This document shows positions 57,470 through 64,000 of a DNA stretch of 64,000 nucleotides, one piece after another. Numbering within the stretch: position 1 is the stretch's first letter; each line of letters opens with the position of its first letter. The position numbers and the translations under genes are program-made. Source of the DNA: Actinomycetota bacterium (GTDB taxonomy: Bacteria; Actinomycetota; Actinomycetes; S36-B12); contig VGCC01000008.1 of NCBI GenBank assembly GCA_016870195.1, forward strand, positions 1,449 to 65,448, in the 5' to 3' direction. The notes under the pieces are model-generated. The model did no database searches. It was not told the origin of the DNA and was given only the letters and a program-made list of their open reading frames with translations.

Positions 57470-58666
57470 ATGGCCCCCCTGGACGACCTCGTTCGCGGTC
57501 AATACGAGCACTACGTCTACCCACGTCCCATCGAGGATCTGCCACTGTGGCTGGAATCCAACTGGCAGTGGTTCGACCCCAGACATGCACATCGCATGTT
57601 CTGGCCGGACCGGGACTATCCGTCCGGGCTGGACATCCTCGTGGCGGGGTGCGGAACGAGCCAGGCTGCGGTGCTCGCGTATACGAACCCGTCGGCGAAG
57701 GTGATCGGGATCGACGTCAGCGAAGCGTCACTCGCCCACCAGCGCCGGCTTGCCGATACCTACGATCTCGACAACCTCGAACTTCACCACCTTCCTATCG
57801 AACGCGTGGACTCCCTCGGTCGTGACTTCGATCTGATCGTTTCCACGGGGGTCCTCCACCACCTCGAGGATCCCGACGCGGGTATGGCCGCTCTCGCCTC
57901 ATGTCTCCGCCGGGATGGTGTGCTCGCCGTGATGCTCTATGCACGGTACGGACGCGTGGGTGTGGAGATGCTCCAGTCGGCCTTCCGCGACCTGGGCCTG
58001 ACCCAAAATCAGGAGTCCATCACGATGGTGCGCGAGATCGTGGCACACCTCGACGCGGATCATCCGGTTGGGACGTATCTGGGAATCGCACCCGACCTTG
58101 GGGACGACGCCGGGATCGTGGACACCTTCCTGCACGGGCGCGAGCGTGCGTATTCGATCGATGAGTGCGTTGCCCTGGTGGAGGGAGCCGGGCTCGTCTT
58201 CCAAGACATGTTCCTCAAAGCGCCCTACTACTCAGGATTCCTGGCATCCCAGGATCTCCGGGATGCGATCTCGACTCTTCCCCGTGAGAAGCAGTGGTCC
58301 ATCGTCGAGCGGCTGAACCCGCGCAATGGATGCCACTTCTTCCTGGCTTGTCGCAGTGACCGCCCACGGGAGTACTTCGAGATCGACTTCTCGTCCGATC
58401 AGGCACTGGAGTTGATCCCGGAGTATCGGTATCGATGCTCACTCACCGACAGCCGACTGATTCGTTCGGACTGGAGCGTGGACCTCGATCCACGCGAGCG
58501 CGCGCTCGTGCAGCAGATCGATGGCCGTCGAACGATCCGCGAAATCGCTGCGATCGTCAGCGCGGAGACGGGCGAACCCGCCCCTCAAGCAGCGAGGTAT
58601 GCCCGCGAACTTGTCCAATCACTCTGGGAACTCGACTTCCTCGCGATGGGTGTCAGCTCGCCATGA
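57470..58666 (+). CDS. class I SAM-dependent methyltransferase with a C-terminal PqqD/RRE-like winged-helix tail
   Basis: SAM motif [14 protein letters not shown], then VIGIDVS and [14 protein letters not shown]. The last ~60 aa ([28 protein letters not shown]...[16 protein letters not shown]) fit the xxLxxxDGxxTxxEIxxxL...FLxxLxxxGL pattern of PqqD-like peptide-binding domains (pattern match by eye). Confidence 0.85.
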   Translation: MAPLDDLVRGQYEHYVYPRPIEDLPLWLESNWQWFDPRHAHRMFWPDRDYPSGLDILVAGCGTSQAAVLAYTNPSAKVIGIDVSEASLAHQRRLADTYDLDNLELHHLPIERVDSLGRDFDLIVSTGVLHHLEDPDAGMAALASCLRRDGVLAVMLYARYGRVGVEMLQSAFRDLGLTQNQESITMVREIVAHLDADHPVGTYLGIAPDLGDDAGIVDTFLHGRERAYSIDECVALVEGAGLVFQDMFLKAPYYSGFLASQDLRDAISTLPREKQWSIVERLNPRNGCHFFLACRSDRPREYFEIDFSSDQALELIPEYRYRCSLTDSRLIRSDWSVDLDPRERALVQQIDGRRTIREIAAIVSAETGEPAPQAARYARELVQSLWELDFLAMGVSSP

Positions 58667-58796
58667 GGTGCTGCATGGTTGCCTTGCGCGCGTAGCCACA
58701 CTCATTGCAGAGAACTATGAAGCCGTGGGTGTCACTTCGCACGATCTCGTAGTCGTCTGCGTGACAGAAGCCGCAGGTCACATCGTCGAAATTCAC
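58653..58796 (-). CDS. 47-aa Cys4 zinc-ribbon micro-protein
   Basis: GTG at 58796 lies 4 nt after GGAGGGGAGGA. It encodes [47 protein letters not shown] (CxxC-N17-CxxC). The 3' end overlaps the methyltransferase 3' end by 14 nt. The ORF-track start at 58904 adds 36 residues that do not look protein-like. Confidence 0.45.
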   Translation of the reverse strand: MNFDDVTCGFCHADDYEIVRSDTHGFIVLCNECGYARKATMQHLMAS

Positions 58797-58997
58797 AGGT
58801 CCTCCCCTCCATCGTTGAGCGTTGAGTGGTGTGGGGAAGTAGTCCAACGATGAAGTGCTCCCGTGACGGCCCGTGGTGACGTGGGGCAACGTGTCGCGGA
58901 ACAAAGGGAGAACAACGCGTTACGGTGCAGCCGTTGCCGTTGGGTCATCAACCTGATAGATTAGTTGAAGATTCAATCAAATGGGCAGGAGGTTCCC

Positions 58998-59870
58998 ATG
59001 TGGCAGTCCGACACTGCGGGAGCAGCTTTTGATGCCCTGCTCCCTCAGGCTGTGGAGGCGTCAGCTCGCCACCAGGCCTGGCAGCCGGGTGATCCGCCGA
59101 TGCCGTCGCTCTTCCTCAGCCACGGCGCACCACCCCTCTTCGACGACGGCCCGTGGATGGCCGAACTGCTGACCTGGTCCCTGTCCCTGCCCAAGCCGCG
59201 CGGCGTGGTGATTGTCAGCGCGCACTGGGAGTCCGCGCCGCTGGCGATCAGTGCGAACCAGGCTCCCCTGGTCTACGACTTCGGCGGCTTCGCTCCCCAC
59301 TACTACGCGATGCAGTACGCAACACCGGATGCCGGCTGGTTGGCCGACCGCATCACCGCGGTGATGCCCGACACCGAGTCCGTGCACCAACACACCACGC
59401 GCGGTCTCGACCACGGAGCCTGGGTACCGCTGAAAGTCATGCTGCCCCTGGCGGATGTCCCCGTCATCCAAGTCAGCATCCCCACCCATGACCCGCAGCG
59501 CCTGATCGAGTTGGGCCGGCGCCTGCGTCCCCTACGCGACGAAGGCATCCTGATCATCGGATCCGGGTTCATGACGCACGGGTTGCCGTTCCTCACCGGC
59601 GACATGCTGCACGGCGACGCTGTTCCCGCATGGTCGAGTGAGTTCGACAACTGGGCGTGGGAGGCGGCAACCGCACTCGATGTCGATTCCCTCGCCTCGT
59701 ACGGCAGTGCCCCCGGTATGCCCTACGCCCACCCCACCCCCGAGCACTTCTCACCTCTCTTCGTGGCGATCGGCGCCGCCGACGATGGTGTGAGGCCGGA
59801 GTCGAGCGTGGAGGGATTCATGTGGGGGTTGGCCAAGCGGTCGCTGACCTTCGCTTCTGCCAGTGTCTGA
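58998..59870 (+). CDS. class III (LigB/YgiD-type) extradiol ring-cleavage dioxygenase, DOPA-4,5-dioxygenase-like
   Basis: ATG at 58998 after GGCAGGAGG. PSLFLSHGAPPL and VIVSAHWES are typical of the family. About 290 aa. Confidence 0.85.
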   Translation: MWQSDTAGAAFDALLPQAVEASARHQAWQPGDPPMPSLFLSHGAPPLFDDGPWMAELLTWSLSLPKPRGVVIVSAHWESAPLAISANQAPLVYDFGGFAPHYYAMQYATPDAGWLADRITAVMPDTESVHQHTTRGLDHGAWVPLKVMLPLADVPVIQVSIPTHDPQRLIELGRRLRPLRDEGILIIGSGFMTHGLPFLTGDMLHGDAVPAWSSEFDNWAWEAATALDVDSLASYGSAPGMPYAHPTPEHFSPLFVAIGAADDGVRPESSVEGFMWGLAKRSLTFASASV

Positions 59871-59877
59871 TTCCGCG

Positions 59878-62520
59878 TCACTCCAAGGAGATGCGGGGAA
59901 GGACCTTGTCGAGCCAGCGTGGTAACCACCAGTTCGATTTCCCGACAAGGGTCATGAGGCTCGGGACGAGAACGAGCCGGACGAGGAACGCATCGACGAT
60001 CACGGCGGAGGCGAGTGCAACGCCGAACAACTTGATGGTGTCGTTCGGGGTGGGGACGAAGGCGAGGAAGACACTCGTCATGATCGATGCGGCGATGACA
60101 ACGACCCGGCCCGAACCCGCAAGGCCCATGCGCACGGCACGTCGGTTGTCGTGGGTGTTCTCCCAGTACTCGCGCATGCGGCTGACGAGGAACACCTGGT
60201 AGTCCATCGAGAGGCCGAAAAGGATCGCGAAGACCATGACGGGAAGGAACGGCAGGATCGGACCCGTTCCCCCGAGTCCGAGCAGGGACTGCGCCACCCC
60301 GTTCTGGAACACCGACACGGTGATGCCGAGTGCAGCAGCGAAGGACAGCAGGCTGGTGATGGCTGCCGTGAGGGGGATGACCAGGGAGTGGAAGAGCAAG
60401 GCAAGGGCGACGAAGCCGAGGCCGATGACGAGGATGAGGAAGACGGGCAGCGCTTTGGCCAACACGGTCGTGAAGTCCGCGGACACCGCCTGGGCGCCGC
60501 CGACGAGGATGCTCACGCGATGGTCGCTCTCCAGCGCGGGTGCGGTGGTGTTGCGCAGTGTGTCGAGCAGCGCAGAGGCTTCTTGCGACTGCGGGTCACC
60601 CTTCGGGTAGACGATGATGGATGTCAGACGACCTCCGTCACCGAAGACTGACTTGTCGAGCGCGACGAGCGGAAGCATCCCCGAATCAGGCATGGTCCGC
60701 GCAACGCCCGGCGTTCGCTCGATGGCCTTCACCGCCTGACCGAGTGCTGTGACGTCGTCCTTCTTCGGCATTTCCACCGCCACGACGTAGGGGCCACCGG
60801 TGCCCGCACCGAAGCCCTTGTCCATGAGGTCGAAGCCCACGCGCAAAGCAGATCCGGGCACCTGCGTGCCGTCGTCGGGGAAGCCCAGGCGCATCCCGAG
60901 GGCAGGCCATGCGAGGGCGCCCAGGAGCACCAGGCTGATGAGAAGCGGCACGATCGGGCGCCGCTGGAGGATGTCGGCGTAGCCCGCCCAGCGACTGTGT
61001 TCCGGATCGAAGGGCTTCAAAGTCCGTCGGCCCGGCAGGCGCAGGCCAATCGCGTGACGACCGAACAGAGAGAGGAGTGCGGGCAGGAACCACAACGCCG
61101 ACGTCATCACCATGAGTACGGCAAGCGCTGCCGCAACAGCCAGCCCGTCGAAGAATCGGATTCCCAGCACGAACATCCCGAGCAGCGCCACGATCACCGT
61201 GGAACCGGCGAAGAGAACGGCCTTGCCCGCTGTCCCCACCGAGGTGAGCGCCGCATCGCGGGGCTCAGCTCCACCTTGCAATTCCTGATAGAACCTATTG
61301 AAGACGAACAACGCGTAGTCGATACCGACGCCGAGTCCGATCATCGCCGCCAAGGTTGGTGCAAACGACGCGACGTCGGTGAAGTGCGCGGCAACAATGA
61401 TGAGCATCTGCCCTGCGAAGAGTCCGAAGCCCGCGATGATGATCGGCAGACCAGCAGCAACGACACTGCCGAACGCGATGAGCAGGATGATGATGGCAAC
61501 ACCGATGCCGACGAGCTCGGAGTAATCACCACCTCCGCCTGCCCCCTCCAGCGCGCCTCCCTGCGCGCCCACGGTGAGTCCGTCGCGGTTGGCGCCCTCG
61601 ATGATGGCGAGTAACCGATCGCCCGTGGTTGTGCTCAGTGTCGAACCGTCGAACGTGACGGTGGCGAAGGCCACGCTCCCATCGCGCGACACCTGGGCCG
61701 CCGCGCGTTCTGTGGCTTTCGCAGCGCGGTGCAGGTCCGCAATCGCGGTACGGAGTTCTGCATCGAGTCGCTCTACCTCCGCCGCATCAGCAGGCAAGCG
61801 CTCCGCCGCGCGGGCGAGGGCGGCGGGGTCGGCCTTCGCGAGCTTCCGCAGGGTGTCCGGAGGGATCTTCGCCAGTGAGTCCAGGCCCCCGAGGGCGTCG
61901 GTGAGGTCGCTCGCTTCCTTCGTGGTGAGCTGCCCATCCGACTTAGCGACGAGGTCACCGATATCGACGAGACCGGTGAGCACATCCGGTGGCAGGCTTG
62001 CGACCTTCGCGGCCGTGGGAAGCACTCTGGCGACCTTGCCGAGACTCTGTGCGTCGGCGTGCGCGAGGGGCTCGAGTCCCCGGGCAATGGTGCCGATCTG
62101 TCCGGCCGTCAATCCGACCTTGGACTTCAACTCCGTGGCGATGCCCTGCGAGACCGCCGTGATAATCGGAACGTTGGTGTCCTCTGCGCACTTCGGCCCG
62201 AGGTTCTTTGTGAAGGGAGTCTGCACGCAACGGATTCCTGGAAGGGATGCGATGTCGGTGAGCATCCGCGTCGCGCGTTCGCGGGACTTCTCAGACCGGA
62301 CGTCGTCGGCCTCCCAGACCACCGTGACACTCGTCGTGGCAGGACCCTTCGGGGCCAACTTCTGCAGAAGGTCTTGAGCCTGGGTGGACTGGACGCCGGG
62401 CAGGGCGAACGAGTCATTGAAGGTCCCGGCGAAGATCCGTGCCGAGGCTGCGATGGCGATGAGGACGACGACCCAGGCGAGGAGAGCGGGGATCGGGTGC
62501 CGCACCGCCCAGCGACTCAT
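59878..62520 (-). CDS. MMPL-family (RND superfamily) transporter with an enlarged first extracytoplasmic domain
   Basis: 880 aa with MMPL motifs GIDYALFVFNRFYQEL and SMDYQVFLVSRMREY. The first loop carries an approximately 200-aa Ala/Leu/Asp-rich helical insert with reiterated (S/K)(L/I)PPD(V/T)L. Confidence 0.9.
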   Translation of the reverse strand: MSRWAVRHPIPALLAWVVVLIAIAASARIFAGTFNDSFALPGVQSTQAQDLLQKLAPKGPATTSVTVVWEADDVRSEKSRERATRMLTDIASLPGIRCVQTPFTKNLGPKCAEDTNVPIITAVSQGIATELKSKVGLTAGQIGTIARGLEPLAHADAQSLGKVARVLPTAAKVASLPPDVLTGLVDIGDLVAKSDGQLTTKEASDLTDALGGLDSLAKIPPDTLRKLAKADPAALARAAERLPADAAEVERLDAELRTAIADLHRAAKATERAAAQVSRDGSVAFATVTFDGSTLSTTTGDRLLAIIEGANRDGLTVGAQGGALEGAGGGGDYSELVGIGVAIIILLIAFGSVVAAGLPIIIAGFGLFAGQMLIIVAAHFTDVASFAPTLAAMIGLGVGIDYALFVFNRFYQELQGGAEPRDAALTSVGTAGKAVLFAGSTVIVALLGMFVLGIRFFDGLAVAAALAVLMVMTSALWFLPALLSLFGRHAIGLRLPGRRTLKPFDPEHSRWAGYADILQRRPIVPLLISLVLLGALAWPALGMRLGFPDDGTQVPGSALRVGFDLMDKGFGAGTGGPYVVAVEMPKKDDVTALGQAVKAIERTPGVARTMPDSGMLPLVALDKSVFGDGGRLTSIIVYPKGDPQSQEASALLDTLRNTTAPALESDHRVSILVGGAQAVSADFTTVLAKALPVFLILVIGLGFVALALLFHSLVIPLTAAITSLLSFAAALGITVSVFQNGVAQSLLGLGGTGPILPFLPVMVFAILFGLSMDYQVFLVSRMREYWENTHDNRRAVRMGLAGSGRVVVIAASIMTSVFLAFVPTPNDTIKLFGVALASAVIVDAFLVRLVLVPSLMTLVGKSNWWLPRWLDKVLPRISLE

Positions 62521-62756
62521 GTGGGAATTTTACTTCCCAGATGTGCTGAGGACCCTCCTTCATTAGGTGTGGTCGGGACCTGATGAGTGGGGATCACAGG
62601 GCAACGCACTACGGCGTGCCGGCGGCGATTCCCGCAGACGGGGAAGCCGTCTCTGGCTCGGTGGCGCCACCTTGACCCACTTGCTGGGCCCGGGAACAAT
62701 TGAGGCGGCACAAGCGGTCCCGCGGTGTGACCCTTGAAAAGAAGCTGGTGTATCCC

Positions 62757-63143
62757 ATGGGCCCTGGCGCCGCGATCAAGTCAGCCTCCTCAAACCTCAC
62801 AAACTTCAGCGGGCGCGCCACGCGCTCGGAGTTCTGGTGGTGGTACCTCCTGATGTTTGTCACCTCGATCATCGTGATGGGCGTCGTGGGTGCCGCGCTC
62901 GGCGCGCTTGCGAGCGATGGCGTCAACTGGGCAGGTCTGGGCGTGTGGCTGTTCCTCATCGGCATCATCTTCCAGCTGCTCATCATCGGCGTCGGCTGCC
63001 GTCGACTGCATGACCGTGGACTGTCGGGCTGGTTCCAGCTGCTGCTGCTCTTCTCCGGAATCGGAACGATCATCCTGCTGATCCTGTGGCTGCTTCCGGG
63101 CAGTCACGGTGACAACACGTACGGCGCCGTCCCCGCCGCGTAA
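62757..63143 (+). CDS. DUF805-family inner-membrane protein
   Basis: FSGRATRSEFWWWYL and CRRLHDRGLSGWF are the hallmark DUF805 motifs. ATG at 62757. Confidence 0.75.
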   Translation: MGPGAAIKSASSNLTNFSGRATRSEFWWWYLLMFVTSIIVMGVVGAALGALASDGVNWAGLGVWLFLIGIIFQLLIIGVGCRRLHDRGLSGWFQLLLLFSGIGTIILLILWLLPGSHGDNTYGAVPAA

Positions 63144-63496
63144 CTTGGGGCCCACTTCCTGCCGGAGCCCTCGGCCCCATGGGTGACTGCTCAGATCAGG
63201 GGTCAGAGCGAACTGAAGTGCGCAGGGGTATGCGTTCACCGCATCAATGCCCTCTTGCTCCGAGTTGGTGCCACACGACTTAAGAGCAACGGCACGTGTG
63301 GTGGTCATGGCAGAACACGTTCGGCCCGCGCTCTCATCAGAGCGAAGTACGGGCGGGCATTCGAGACTCGAGTGCCAATGATGCTCGGCACGGCGGAACT
63401 TGCTCGCACGTCACGAAGCAAAAGCACCATTTTCGATGGCGTGCACGCCGACTACAGGTACAACGAGACGCGATGGAGCTTGTGAATTGAGCACAT

Positions 63497-63880
63497 CTAT
63501 GGGTGCATTCTCGTCACATCGGTGTGGGAGAAGTTACTGCCCCTGAAGAGGAGGGTCTCGCCGGTCACTTTCGCCAACGCGTAACTGAAGCAGTCGCCGA
63601 AGTTCAGCCGCGCCGGGTGGCCCGAACCTCTGCCAAATACGCGGTACGCAATGCGAGCGATCTCCGCCTGCTCGTGATCGAAGGGAACCACTGCTACTTC
63701 CAAGTTGGTCGTGAATCTGTCAAGTGCGCCGGGTCGCCGTGCATCCACAACGATTGCCGACTCGAGATACGAGGCGCTACTGATCTTCATGCCATCGGTT
63801 GTCTCCAGCACGTCATGAAGGCCTGTGGAGTCCGGCTCACCAAGACACACGGCAACGACGACGGATGAGTCCAGGATCAT
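63497..63880 (-). CDS. vapC: PIN-domain toxin VapC
   Basis: 127 aa with MILDSSVVVA (first Asp), later conserved acidic residues, and FGDCFSYALA typical of VapC. Confidence 0.85.
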   Translation of the reverse strand: MILDSSVVVAVCLGEPDSTGLHDVLETTDGMKISSASYLESAIVVDARRPGALDRFTTNLEVAVVPFDHEQAEIARIAYRVFGRGSGHPARLNFGDCFSYALAKVTGETLLFRGSNFSHTDVTRMHP

Positions 63881-64000
63881 CGGGGCACACCCGTGGCGTC
63901 GTCATACAGATCTGCGATGGGGTCCGGTTCCATCCCGAACCCCTCGTCGCGGGCTGCGGCGACTTCCTTCTCCAAGTACTGCCGGCGCCGCGAGCGGCGC
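63877..64000 (-). CDS. vapB: VapB-type antitoxin, C-terminal part (5' end beyond the window)
   Basis: Hand translation gives ...RRSRRRQYLEKEVAAARDEGFGMEPDPIADLYDDATGVPR*. The stop overlaps the vapC ATG (ATGA at 63877..63880). Confidence 0.55.
   Translation of the reverse strand, partial: RRSRRRQYLEKEVAAARDEGFGMEPDPIADLYDDATGVPR

Noticed and set aside
62790-63308. 172-aa minus-strand ORF overlapping the DUF805 gene.
   Set aside because: Most of it is antisense to a gene with hallmark DUF805 motifs. Its composition is charged and low-complexity (DDADEEQ, QQDDRSD).

Overview
High-GC actinobacterial chromosome segment; the order cannot be resolved from sequence alone. About 1-43 kb is mostly conserved core. 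It holds an HspR-type heat-shock operon (dnaK-grpE-dnaJ-hspR-clpB) with a HAIR operator. It also holds a dispersed but nearly complete purine regulon (purA, purD, purB, purC, purS, purQ, purL, purF, purM), pyrE, a class I FBA plus DUF3151 pair, a DUF3073/bldC pair, a polyamine-type ABC transporter, an orphan efeU and one VapBC pair. About 43-64 kb is accessory-looking, and three observations stand out there. (1) A lower-GC, plus-strand five-gene cassette (split transketolase, Zn-ADH, TenA thiaminase II, SDR) lies between the two halves of a dead sarcosine-oxidase-family gene. (2) A signal-peptide protein has a C-terminal two-thirds that is a PGRS-like GGN/GGA/GGH repeat. (3) A SAM methyltransferase has a PqqD/RRE-like C-terminal tail, its 3' end overlaps a Cys4 zinc-ribbon micro-ORF on the opposite strand, and a LigB-type extradiol dioxygenase follows. 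Items (2) and (3) lie between two MMPL exporters. I found no rRNA, tRNA, CRISPR array, transposase or integrase. All calls come from reading the translations and motifs by eye; no database search was possible, so family names are recollections of signatures, not hits.
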